Below are positions 1 through 9,240 of a DNA stretch of 64,000 nucleotides, piece after piece. The notes under the pieces are model-generated. The model was not told where the DNA came from. It made no database searches and was given only the letters and a program-made list of their open reading frames with translations. The position numbers and the translations under genes were made by a program. Source of the DNA: Candidatus Latescibacterota bacterium (lineage in GTDB: Bacteria; Latescibacterota; UBA2968; UBA8231); the NCBI GenBank assembly GCA_965203355.1, contig OZ241889.1, positions 3,232,001 to 3,296,000 on the forward strand, in the 5' to 3' direction. Position 1 is the stretch's first letter; each line of letters begins with the position of its first letter.

Positions 1-281
1 CCGCCAATGGCAACCGAGTGCTTGGTAAAGGTGTGCGGAAAGGCCACGATCTTTTCCAACCGTTTTAAAAAATCCTGCAAGCGTGTAACGGCCAACGCCT
101 CGTTTGCCAACGACGACTCCTTGCCGGCAAACTCCATAAAGTCCTCCTCGAAAGTCCGCTTAAAATGCTCAAAAGCCTCATTCTCACTCGGCTTCTTGCT
201 GAGCAGATTGGTAATCAAGGCGTACTTTTGCTGCAAAACCTCCAAGTCTGCTTTGGTGCGCTCGTACTCTGTGCGGCTCAT
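1..281 (-). CDS. Third dynamin-like GTPase of the operon, N-terminal part only (runs off the window edge)
   Basis: Not in the ORF track. ATG at 281-279 overlaps the TGA of 278..2524 (ATGA coupling). Translates MSRTEYERTKADLEVLQQKYALITNLL...FPHTFTKHSVAIGG, open to the edge; the last residues look like the beta-strand entering a G1 P-loop. Confidence 0.7.
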   Translation of the reverse strand, partial: MSRTEYERTKADLEVLQQKYALITNLLSKKPSENEAFEHFKRTFEEDFMEFAGKESSLANEALAVTRLQDFLKRLEKIVAFPHTFTKHSVAIG

Positions 282-2524
282 GGGTTCACCTCCATATTAT
301 CCAGTTCGCCTTTAACAGCACTAATTCTCTTTAGCTCCATTTCCTTGTTTTTAACGGAGTTCTCAAGCGAGACCAGCTCTCTTTGGTATCGCTCTAGTAG
401 CTGCTCTGCCAAGGAATATTTGCTCATTTCTTCTTCTAGAGATTTGACGTATTTATTTATCTCACCCCTCAATTCATCTACGAATTCACCGATATAGACA
501 TTCGCCTCATTAATAAATTTTTCCGCGGCTTTTTCTTTCAACAAGCCTTGGGACCGTAGAGATTTCGGCAGCTCTTTTGAGTAACTAAACTCTGAGATAG
601 TTATGGCGTTGACAGTGCGCCTGGCCACTCTCCTTATCATCGCGGCATCCAACTGATCTTCGTCAAAACTCTCTCGCAACTCTTTGGTAGCGGATTTGAG
701 GACATCGCTACGCCACTCTTCCTTTTTTTGTTCTGCCAATTCACCGAGAGAATCCGTCAAGTTTTGGTGGAATTCCGACAGCCCACTTAAAAAGGTACCT
801 GTGCGGATGGTTTTATATTCCACCTGTTTGTATTCAGGGCTTCCCCAGAACTTCCACCAAGGCTTCTCTATTTCCACCCGTCCTTTACCTATACCTGTCG
901 CCTTATCAAGAGCCTCCTCCAAAGCTTCTTTGCTGAGTTTACGCAAGGCTTCCTTTTTCAACTCGCTTATAACCTTCTGAATAGACTCTTGATATCCCAA
1001 GCTGACGTCCTCAGAAGCATTGCTGAGATTAGTTTTCAAAGCCTCTCTCTTCTTCTTAATGGTCTGAACATCTTCGCGTTCAATGTTATTTTGCATCTCC
1101 TCGACATGGTCGGACAAACCAGTGCGTAGAGCGCGAAGAGAACGGTGTTTGCCCTGGACGTAATTGCCAATCCGATTCTTGAGAATCTCCTCTTTCTTCG
1201 CCCGCACCTGTTCGACGATCGCCTGAATCGTCGACATATTGGCCAGCTTGTCCAAATTGCTCTTCGCCGATTGCTCATTCGAGAAATAATCTGGATACTC
1301 CCTCTGCAAACTGCTCCACACATGAACCATCCCTTCGTCCCAGCCCTCCTGCTGTCCAAAGCGTTGCTTCATACTTTCGCAAAGCCCCGCCGAGTGGATA
1401 ACCCTGCTCTGACCTTCAATCAACTGGTCATAGGCATCTTTCACCTCGGGATTACTTTCTTTGAGATCCTCGATAACCTTTTTCAAGTGGTGCCCAAGTT
1501 CTTGGGTGATAGCGTTCAACACGCGATCTAGCTGTCCGTCGTTTTCTACCTTCATATTGCTAAACATTTGGGTATCTACTTGGGCCGCCACGACATATAG
1601 CTCTCGGACGCCCTCCTTGCTGGTAATTCGGTCCATCAGTTCCATATCTTCGTGAGAAATAAACTGACCCGCCGGACTGACGACTAGCACCACGTCGCAT
1701 TTGCTTAAATACTCGCGGGTGCGCGCCTCACGCGACTGAATCGGATCGTTGATCCCGGGGGTATCTACGATCTGTATGTCCTTTAGGTTGTCTTGCGGCA
1801 GCAGGATGTTGACGCTCTTGGTAAAAGGCATGTATGGACCATCGGCACCCACGTACTCCGCCAGTTGGCTTTGCAAATCCGCCAGACCGCCCGACAAATT
1901 CAGCACCTTACTTTTGCCCAAACTCCCAATGGACGTATTGCTGTTGTCGATTTTCTCGCATTGCTCGTAAGACGACGCGAGAACGGGATTTTTATCGCGT
2001 ATCTCCCTTGTTGCTCGACGCTGCGCCTTTTCCTTGTCCTCAGTTGTGTGGCCTGCTACTTTTCTCACCGCCTTCCCAAGTCTGCTCTCTCCTTTCTCCA
2101 AAAGCTCATCTAAAAGATCACGCACGCGCTCCTGCACTTGCTTTTCGTAATCCCGAGCCTGAGCCTTCATATCCTCAATATCCGCAGGAGTAAAAAACTC
2201 CACTTCCGCCTGTACCGAATCCCCGTGCGAAAGGGTCGTCAAAGCAGCCGTCATTGGGGTCGCCGCCTTGGGCAAAATGCTCTGTCCCTCGAAGACCAAG
2301 GCGTTCAAAAGCGAGGACTTCCCCGACTTGACCCGCCCGACAATACCAATCCTCAGCAACCGTTCATCATCTTCAATCTCGGCCAATTCGGCTTGCAGTT
2401 TCTTGGCTGAGGGGATGCTGTGCGTTTGGTCCAAACTTGTTGCTTCATCGCCGAGAAGATCGCTGTACTTATCAACGACCTGATCCAGCTTTTCGCGGTA
2501 TGCTACAATGCCAATATGTTCCAT
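278..2524 (-). CDS. Dynamin-like GTPase (bacterial DLP), 748 aa
   Basis: G1 IGIVGRVKSGKS, G2 TPMT, G3 DTPG, long helical/coiled-coil C-terminus; RBS AGGAG upstream. Confidence 0.9.
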   Translation of the reverse strand: MEHIGIVAYREKLDQVVDKYSDLLGDEATSLDQTHSIPSAKKLQAELAEIEDDERLLRIGIVGRVKSGKSSLLNALVFEGQSILPKAATPMTAALTTLSHGDSVQAEVEFFTPADIEDMKAQARDYEKQVQERVRDLLDELLEKGESRLGKAVRKVAGHTTEDKEKAQRRATREIRDKNPVLASSYEQCEKIDNSNTSIGSLGKSKVLNLSGGLADLQSQLAEYVGADGPYMPFTKSVNILLPQDNLKDIQIVDTPGINDPIQSREARTREYLSKCDVVLVVSPAGQFISHEDMELMDRITSKEGVRELYVVAAQVDTQMFSNMKVENDGQLDRVLNAITQELGHHLKKVIEDLKESNPEVKDAYDQLIEGQSRVIHSAGLCESMKQRFGQQEGWDEGMVHVWSSLQREYPDYFSNEQSAKSNLDKLANMSTIQAIVEQVRAKKEEILKNRIGNYVQGKHRSLRALRTGLSDHVEEMQNNIEREDVQTIKKKREALKTNLSNASEDVSLGYQESIQKVISELKKEALRKLSKEALEEALDKATGIGKGRVEIEKPWWKFWGSPEYKQVEYKTIRTGTFLSGLSEFHQNLTDSLGELAEQKKEEWRSDVLKSATKELRESFDEDQLDAAMIRRVARRTVNAITISEFSYSKELPKSLRSQGLLKEKAAEKFINEANVYIGEFVDELRGEINKYVKSLEEEMSKYSLAEQLLERYQRELVSLENSVKNKEMELKRISAVKGELDNMEVNP

Positions 2525-2598
2525 TTTACTTCTCCTTTTAGATAACGTCTGGTACTCTCTTGAGTGGGAGATGCTTCGCTGCGTTCAGCATCGCTGGT

Positions 2599-4296
2599 TT
2601 AGGTGAAAATCGCTTGCTGGGCCTGTGAGCGAATGGTATCGCGAATGGTGGTAAGCTCGGCGATGGTCTGCTCCGTATTGCTCTTTTCGTCTTGCTTGGC
2701 TTGCTCGGCCGCGGCGATTTGGCTCCGCCTCTCTTGGATATGCGAATCCAATGCCTTGGCCTGCTCGTCGATCAAAAGGCTCACCTGCTCCTCGAAATGC
2801 TTGGGCAGTTCGCTGCGAATTTTGCTCTTGACATCCGGGATTACCGTTCCAATCAACTGGTCTCGGATTTGCTGCTCTTGCTTCCTCTTCTGAAAGCGGC
2901 CAATAATTTCGGGCAAGAAGAACAAAGCGAGCCCCAAGATGGGTTGTAAGAGGGTAATGGTCAGCGTGGTGACCACAGCGCGGTACATCCACTTTGTTTG
3001 TGAACTGGTGCCTCTCCCGAGGATTTTGTCCACCTCAGGCAACCCTCCAACTTTCGCCGCCAACTCTTCAGAGTTTGCGCCCGAGTACTGGCCCAAAACC
3101 GAGTCCATATTGAGACGGCCGACCAAATCCTCCTCAATTTGCCGGTGTAGCCGATCCATCGCCTCCTCCGTATGTCTCACAAGCGATGTGCGGACGATTT
3201 CCGACACTTCACGGTTTAGCGCACTTTGGGCGTTTTCTCCGCTGGACATAGCCAGCTTCGTTAGGTCTTCTACGGCCGCTTCCAAATCCGCGCCGACCCC
3301 TTCCACAATGGTGTTGACCCGGCTGGTGGAATACCGCGTGCGAATGTCTCGAATCATCTCTTCCTTTTGGCTCTGCAATTTCTGTAGATCGGCGGCAAGT
3401 TCGTCGATGGCCTCTTGGTTTTCCCGTGAGTCCCGTTGCAGTGCGCTGATACACGTGTTCAGGCTGCCATCGAGTTCCAAAGAGTGCGACTCCAAGCGGG
3501 AACCCCACCGCTCGGCGAACAGCTTTTCTGGATCGATGGCCTTGAGCATCTTGGCCAAGGTCTCCCCGCCATCCATGCCCAAAGTCTCAACAGGCGCGGA
3601 AAGCTCAAAGTCATCCTTTAGCCGATCCTGGATCTTGGTGGCAATCTCTTGGACCTCGGTGGGCGCACGCAGATTCGCCTTGCTTAGGAACACGGAGAAC
3701 TCCTTGCCGACCTGGTGGATTTCGGATAGCTGCCGCTCGATGGAGCGCGTGAGAGTCCCCTCCTCCACGCTGGTCAAGCCCACGTAGTAGCTTCCTTTAT
3801 TGAGGTAGGTCAAAATGGCGCGGTGATGTAAATCCCACGGCGCGTCAAAACCCGGCATATCTACCAGCACCAAGGGGAGAATCCTGTGCAGGGACTCGCT
3901 ATTGAGAAAGACCCGCACATATTGGTATTGGCGGGCGCGCGCTTCGTCGTTGTGAATCGCATCCAGCTCCTCAAGGGCGAAGCGGTCCGCCTCCCCATCC
4001 TCCTTGACCGCCTCGATATACTCGCTTGCCGAATGCCGCAGCTCGGTCGCCAACGCAGTCTTCGGGTTAATGCCCACTGGCAGGCACTCAGAGCCTAAAA
4101 AGGAATTGATCAAGGTACTCTTGCCCGCACTAAAAGCCCCGACCACCGGCACGATCAGCTCGGCCTCGGCCAAGTTTTGCTTTAATGGCTCTATCGACTG
4201 GATGTTCTTTTCTATCGCCTCCATAGAGCGGGCTTTGCTCAATTCGGCTTTGACTCCATCGAGATAAGCGAGAAACTGTTGTTGCGTCTGTAGCAT
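2599..4296 (-). CDS. Dynamin-like GTPase (bacterial DLP), 565 aa, with hydrophobic membrane paddle
   Basis: G1 VVGAFSAGKS, G3 DMPG, G4-like SKAN; hydrophobic segment AVVTTLTITLLQPILGLALFFLP; RBS GGGAGG upstream. Confidence 0.9.
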   Translation of the reverse strand: MLQTQQQFLAYLDGVKAELSKARSMEAIEKNIQSIEPLKQNLAEAELIVPVVGAFSAGKSTLINSFLGSECLPVGINPKTALATELRHSASEYIEAVKEDGEADRFALEELDAIHNDEARARQYQYVRVFLNSESLHRILPLVLVDMPGFDAPWDLHHRAILTYLNKGSYYVGLTSVEEGTLTRSIERQLSEIHQVGKEFSVFLSKANLRAPTEVQEIATKIQDRLKDDFELSAPVETLGMDGGETLAKMLKAIDPEKLFAERWGSRLESHSLELDGSLNTCISALQRDSRENQEAIDELAADLQKLQSQKEEMIRDIRTRYSTSRVNTIVEGVGADLEAAVEDLTKLAMSSGENAQSALNREVSEIVRTSLVRHTEEAMDRLHRQIEEDLVGRLNMDSVLGQYSGANSEELAAKVGGLPEVDKILGRGTSSQTKWMYRAVVTTLTITLLQPILGLALFFLPEIIGRFQKRKQEQQIRDQLIGTVIPDVKSKIRSELPKHFEEQVSLLIDEQAKALDSHIQERRSQIAAAEQAKQDEKSNTEQTIAELTTIRDTIRSQAQQAIFT

Positions 4297-4438
4297 GTTG
4301 ATACCTCCCTAGGTGGTGATGTGCAGACCCGGACATGGCGCACAAAGCAACCAAACGACGACTTTGCCGGATGGAGCACACGGGTACGCTACGGTGCCGC
4401 GAAAAATTCGGTTTTCTTGGGGTTAAGTTTTGCAGCGA

Positions 4439-4628
4439 TCCCGCATCTTCTCTTAAACGAGGTTGACGTTGCAGCCCCCTCGGGGGCCGGGCAGTGTCTA
4501 ACTCACGCAAGTTTTGATGCGGGAAGTTCCTACTTATTCGCAGAGCGGTTAGGAGCTACCTAGCCACTTTGCATAGGCTATTGTATTCAGCAGGCCACCC
4601 GACATGGGGGGCTTGCATGAGTTAGACG
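4439..4628 (-). ncRNA. Candidate structured leader RNA upstream of the dynamin operon (family unassigned)
   Basis: 16-bp inverted repeat 4496-4511/4612-4627 enclosing three hairpins, plus 9-bp perfect pairing 4516-4524/4439-4447 crossing that stem; begins just downstream of a predicted promoter. Confidence 0.45.
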
Positions 4629-4634
4629 GGCTTA

Positions 4635-4663
4635 AAGATATATAAGCCATTGCAGGAATACAA
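4635..4663 (-). promoter_or_regulatory. Predicted sigma70 promoter of the dynamin operon
   Basis: -35 TTGTAT (4663-4658), 17-bp spacer, -10 TATCTT (4640-4635) in an AT-rich intergenic region. Confidence 0.5.
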
Positions 4664-4784
4664 TAGGAAGACAAGAAGATTTTAGTTCGGAGAGGCACTT
4701 CGCAAGAGCTTCAAAACGCACCGCTAGCTAAATCATTATAGATGATATATGGCGGGCTGGGACTGTGGCCCAAGTCTAAAGCCA

Positions 4785-5780
4785 CTAAGCCTTGGGCACC
4801 TTCACCACCTGCCCGGTTTCCCAGCTTTCGATGAGTGCTTCAATCACGAGCTGCACCCGCAAGGCGTCCGCCCCTTTGGCATCCACCTGCTCAGGTGGAA
4901 CTTGGTTTAGCAAATCGTCGATCCACGCGTTGATCCGCGCCGGAAAGGTATCCGCAAAACCGCCCATGCCCCCGAGGTGATCGTAGCTTTCCACCTCGCG
5001 TGAAAAGCGCGGGTAAAACGTCAGCTTCTCGCAGGCTTCGTTGATGATGATCCGCCCCTCCGAGCCGACCAATTCCAAGGTCTCCAAGCCGTAGCTTCCG
5101 CCGGCGTCGTACGACCCCGTTAAATGCCCGATGACGCCATCCTCGTACAGCAGATTCGCCTGCACATTGGACCAAATTTGCCGACCTTTGCCTTTCTTAA
5201 AAAAGGCGTGTACCCGATCCACCCCGCCAGCGAAATAGCTCATCACGTCCAGTGAATGGGGATGCAGGGCGCGGATGTGGAACCACGGACTTGATTCGTT
5301 GGGATTGTTGATCCACATGGTCATGTTGACCATCTGCAACGCGCCGAGCCGCCCGTTAGTCAGCCATTCCTTGGCTTTGACGGCCGCCGGCGTAAAGCGG
5401 TGGTTCAGGTTGATTCCGTAGGGCAACTCTTTTTCGGCGGCCAAGGCCACCATCTGGCGCGCCTTGGGAATTTCATTGGAAATCGGCTTCTCGCCCAACA
5501 CCGGAATGCCGGCCTGCAAAAGCGCCATCGTCGGCTCGTAGTGATCGCCCCCGTTCTCCACCCCCGCCGTGGTCACCGAGCAGGCGTCGAGCCGCAGGCC
5601 GCTGGCGACCATTTCCTCGACCGAGTAAAAGGCCCGCGCCCCATAGGACGCAGCCGCTTGGTCCGCTTGTTCTTTAATCATATCGCACACGGCGACGACC
5701 TTTGCGTTTTCGTGTGCCGTGTAGCAACGGGCGTGATTATTGCCAATTCCACCCATGCCGACAATCCCAATGTGCAGCAT
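4785..5780 (-). CDS. Gfo/Idh/MocA family oxidoreductase
   Basis: Start refined to ATG 5780 (MLHIGIVGMGGIG, Rossmann) with GGAG RBS; EKP motif. Confidence 0.9.
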   Translation of the reverse strand: MLHIGIVGMGGIGNNHARCYTAHENAKVVAVCDMIKEQADQAAASYGARAFYSVEEMVASGLRLDACSVTTAGVENGGDHYEPTMALLQAGIPVLGEKPISNEIPKARQMVALAAEKELPYGINLNHRFTPAAVKAKEWLTNGRLGALQMVNMTMWINNPNESSPWFHIRALHPHSLDVMSYFAGGVDRVHAFFKKGKGRQIWSNVQANLLYEDGVIGHLTGSYDAGGSYGLETLELVGSEGRIIINEACEKLTFYPRFSREVESYDHLGGMGGFADTFPARINAWIDDLLNQVPPEQVDAKGADALRVQLVIEALIESWETGQVVKVPKA

Positions 5781-5815
5781 TGCAAACTCCTTGTTGATTT
5801 TGAATTGCGAAACTT

Positions 5816-6880
5816 CTAGCCGGCCACCGGCCTGGGCAGTTCCACGCCCAGCTCGGCCGCCAAGGCCCGGATCTCGGCCCAAGCCGTCTCATCCACGTAC
5901 AGACCATCGCGCCGCCGCGCCTGCAACCGCTGGTGCGCCCGCTCGCCCGGCAGCCAGACCTCGGCCACGCCGGGCGCGGGCGGACACGACTTGACCCATT
6001 CGACAAAGGCCGCGACCTCGGCGTAAAATTCGTCCAACGGCAAAAAAGCCGCAACATTGAGCACGGCGATAAACAGCGCGTTCCCGGTGCGCTCGGGCGC
6101 TTCTTGCGTCATCCCAGCCCCGGAAAGCGACCCGGCCAAAACATCGACTAGCGCGGCAAGCCCGTAGCCCTTATGCCCGCTCTGCGGGAAACCGAGCGGC
6201 AAAATGGCACCAGCGGGCGGGCCGTAGTACGCATCCACACTCGTCGTCGGGCGGCCTGCTGAGTCGATCAGCATTCCGGGCGGGGCATCCTCGCCCCGGT
6301 TGTGCCAAAGCCGCATATCGCCGCCGGAAATCATGCTCGTCGTCATGTCGAGAATTACCGGCCACGGGCCGCTGGTGGGAATGCCGCAGCAGATCGGATT
6401 CGTCGGCAGGCGACGGCTGCGGCCACCAAAGGGCGCCACCGCCCCATCGCCACCGTGCCCGTTAGCCGCGATGAGCGCAATGCAGCCGACGCGCGTAGCG
6501 ATTTCGGCGAAACGCCCCAGCCGCGCTACGTGATTGCAGTCGCGCACCCCGACGACCGCCACCGCACCGTCGCCGAGCTTGTCCAGCGCCCAGCGCACGG
6601 CCTCGGTGGCGGTCACCGGACCGTAGTTCCACTGGCCGCTCAGCCGCCCGCCGCACTGGCTCTCGTCCAGCACGACCAACTCGGCTCCAGGCTCGACTTG
6701 GCCCTCGCGCACCATGTTCGCGTATTGGGGCAACCGCAACACGCTGTGGGTATCGTGCCCCATCAGCCCAGCTTCGACCAAGTGCTCGGCTACCAACGCC
6801 GCATCGTCCGCCGGGACGCCGACCCGCCGCAAGCAAGCGTGCGCCAGCGCATCGAGGTCTTCAGCCCGCAACGTGGGCAC
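5816..6880 (-). CDS. Ldh_2 family (malate/L-lactate/sulfolactate) dehydrogenase
   Basis: GHDTHSVLRL, TNPI, LDMTTS and GHKGYGL motifs. Confidence 0.9.
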   Translation of the reverse strand: MPTLRAEDLDALAHACLRRVGVPADDAALVAEHLVEAGLMGHDTHSVLRLPQYANMVREGQVEPGAELVVLDESQCGGRLSGQWNYGPVTATEAVRWALDKLGDGAVAVVGVRDCNHVARLGRFAEIATRVGCIALIAANGHGGDGAVAPFGGRSRRLPTNPICCGIPTSGPWPVILDMTTSMISGGDMRLWHNRGEDAPPGMLIDSAGRPTTSVDAYYGPPAGAILPLGFPQSGHKGYGLAALVDVLAGSLSGAGMTQEAPERTGNALFIAVLNVAAFLPLDEFYAEVAAFVEWVKSCPPAPGVAEVWLPGERAHQRLQARRRDGLYVDETAWAEIRALAAELGVELPRPVAG

Positions 6881-8067
6881 TAGGGCAACTCCTCGTTCCA
6901 GACATCCGCCACGATCAACAGCGCGTTGACCACGGGCCGTTCGCCCGTGGGATCAGAGGGCTTGTTGACCACCTGCTCGCTGACGACCATCGTCGTCGAG
7001 CCGCCGCCGTCGAGGTTCAGGCCCTGATAGGCATTGACCTTGGCCGGGGAAAATTCGGCCAAGCGCGTCCGCATAAACTCGGCTAGCTCGGGCAAACTCA
7101 TGCCAACGCTGTACCCTGGCTGCCGCCCATCGACCGCAATCAGAAAAAGCACCTGCTCGTCTTGAGAATACCCAATGGCCGTGCGCGGGTGCCGCTTGTC
7201 GGCAAAACGGCGGCTGAGCCGCTCTTGTTCCACTTCGATGGAAACTTCGCCATCGCGCAAGATGCGCGGCCCACCGCCAATGGCCTCCATCAGCTTGGCA
7301 TGGGCCGGCGACAGCCGACAAAATAGCTGCACGGTGTCGCCCAAGGCGATCCGCTCGGTCGCCTCGTACTCGGCACCAGCGGCCAACAGCCACTGGTCGC
7401 GCTGGAGGGAAAGCGGCCAAGCCTGCCGCCGGATTTGTTGGACCCAGACGGGAATCGTGTCGTTGGCGATCGAGGTGCGGCCCAATCCTTGCAGCAGGAA
7501 GCCCGTGCCCGCTTGCAGCGAATCCCCCTGCACCGGTGCGCGATCGTTGAACACGGACAGCTCCCCTAGCGCTGGCTTGCGGTTAAAACCCGCGATGGGC
7601 AACTGTTCGCCCTCGGCCGTCAACAGCCCCAATTCCATCTTGAATACTGCGATCAAGGGCTGGCCGGCCTCGGTAATGGCAAAGGCCGCGCGCCGCTGGG
7701 GGAGGCGGATGAGATGGCCGGATTCAATGTACAATCCGGCGGGTTGGCTGGATTCGCCGGGAAACAAAAAATCCCCATTTATGGCCGCTAAGGCACCAGC
7801 GGCCAAACTACTGGTCCTGCGCGCCTCTCCCCGCTTGGTGGTGCGCACTCGAATGCCCGCCGCCCAAGAGCGCGGCAAATCCACTTCCACCACATGGATC
7901 CGCCACGGCCCTTCGGGCACGTGAATCTCGTGATACACCACCCCGGGCGCTATTTCTTCGGTGTTTTCCTCGGCGCAACTCCAACTCAGGGACCACGCGA
8001 GCAGCGCGAGCAAGAGACGGGTAGAAGCCCTAGGCGATAGAGTCAAAAGTAGTGAACCTCGGAACAA
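6880..8067 (-). CDS. Phosphodiester glycosidase (NAGPA-like) family exported protein
   Basis: AAINGDF, RHPRTAIG, VDGRQPGYSVGM, NLDGGGS; N-terminal signal/lipoprotein-like segment. Confidence 0.88.
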   Translation of the reverse strand: MFRGSLLLTLSPRASTRLLLALLAWSLSWSCAEENTEEIAPGVVYHEIHVPEGPWRIHVVEVDLPRSWAAGIRVRTTKRGEARRTSSLAAGALAAINGDFLFPGESSQPAGLYIESGHLIRLPQRRAAFAITEAGQPLIAVFKMELGLLTAEGEQLPIAGFNRKPALGELSVFNDRAPVQGDSLQAGTGFLLQGLGRTSIANDTIPVWVQQIRRQAWPLSLQRDQWLLAAGAEYEATERIALGDTVQLFCRLSPAHAKLMEAIGGGPRILRDGEVSIEVEQERLSRRFADKRHPRTAIGYSQDEQVLFLIAVDGRQPGYSVGMSLPELAEFMRTRLAEFSPAKVNAYQGLNLDGGGSTTMVVSEQVVNKPSDPTGERPVVNALLIVADVWNEELP

Positions 8068-8189
8068 GGAGACTGGTATCTCTCGCTAAAGAAGTACTCC
8101 TGCGCTCAAACCGTGTCAATCTTCTCTGGCGACTGGCAAGGCCGCCGATCAAGTCCTTTATTTAGAGAAAATAAAGAGGAAGGACGCCC

Positions 8190-9197
8190 ATGAAAGCCAT
8201 ACTCGTAGGGTTGGGCGGCAGAGGCCGCTATTGGCTTAGTCAGTGCCAACAGCAGGCCGGTGTCGAGGTAGCCGCTTGCGTCGAGCCTTTCGCGCCCAAC
8301 CGCCAGCGCGCGACCGCCGAACACGGCTTTGCTGCCGACCAGATATACGACGACCTCGGCCAAGCGCTCGACGCCGTGCAAGCCGACTTCGTGCTCGACG
8401 TAACTCCGCCCGCTATGCACGAAGCGATCGCCGTGCAAACCTTTGCCGCCGGCCTGCCCCTGCTTGGCGAAAAGCCCCTCAGCGACGATTTCCAAGCGGC
8501 CCGGCGCGTAGTGGAGGCTGGCACTCAAGCCAATGTAGCGCACATGATCACCCAGAATTACCGCTTCAACCCCCTGCCGCGCACGACGCGCCGCCTGCTG
8601 GCCGAGGACCGCATCGGCCCGGTTGGCCAGCTCGATGTCTCGCTCTATGTCAACTGGGCAGACTCGCCCGGCTCGCATTATGTCACCGAGCCGTATATGT
8701 TCCTCACCGACATGGGCATTCACCACTTTGACATGATGCGCTACACCCTCGGCCAAGACCCGGTGAGTGCCCACGCCCTCACTTGGAACCTCCCTTGGGG
8801 ATGGCACCAAGGCGACGCCGCCCAGCTAATCCTCTTCCGCTTTGCCAACGGCACAATCGCCACCCATCGCGGCCTGGGCTGCACGGTCGGCCACGTGCCA
8901 GCCGGGCACAACGGCGAGTGGCGCTACGAAGGCCCGCACGGCACCCTGACGTGGGAGGGCTTTGACTTGTACCACACCCACTCGCACCGCGCCGATCCCA
9001 AAATCAGGCGGCAACTCCCGCTTGACGACGACCGCAGCCCAGGCCAAAATCCCGTGCTGCGGGAATTCGTCGCCGCCCTGGAGGAAGGCCGGGTGCCCGA
9101 GTGCAACGCGGCCGACAACCTCAAGTCCATGGCCATGGTTTTCGCCGCCGTCCAAAGCGCGATGGAAGGACGCGAAGTAGCCCTTGCCGAGTTATAG
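8190..9197 (+). CDS. Gfo/Idh/MocA family oxidoreductase
   Basis: VGLGGRG Rossmann, EKPL, DMGIHHFD. Confidence 0.9.
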   Translation: MKAILVGLGGRGRYWLSQCQQQAGVEVAACVEPFAPNRQRATAEHGFAADQIYDDLGQALDAVQADFVLDVTPPAMHEAIAVQTFAAGLPLLGEKPLSDDFQAARRVVEAGTQANVAHMITQNYRFNPLPRTTRRLLAEDRIGPVGQLDVSLYVNWADSPGSHYVTEPYMFLTDMGIHHFDMMRYTLGQDPVSAHALTWNLPWGWHQGDAAQLILFRFANGTIATHRGLGCTVGHVPAGHNGEWRYEGPHGTLTWEGFDLYHTHSHRADPKIRRQLPLDDDRSPGQNPVLREFVAALEEGRVPECNAADNLKSMAMVFAAVQSAMEGREVALAEL

Positions 9198-9240
9198 TTT
9201 GGTTCTTGCTCCATCCTGCTAACCCTTCTTTAATGGCCTT

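Noticed and set aside
4440-4600. c-di-AMP (ydaO) or cobalamin riboswitch, suggested by GCTGAAT, AACCTCGT and GGGAAG words
   Set aside because: Order, spacing and stems do not fit either consensus; kept only as an unassigned structured RNA.
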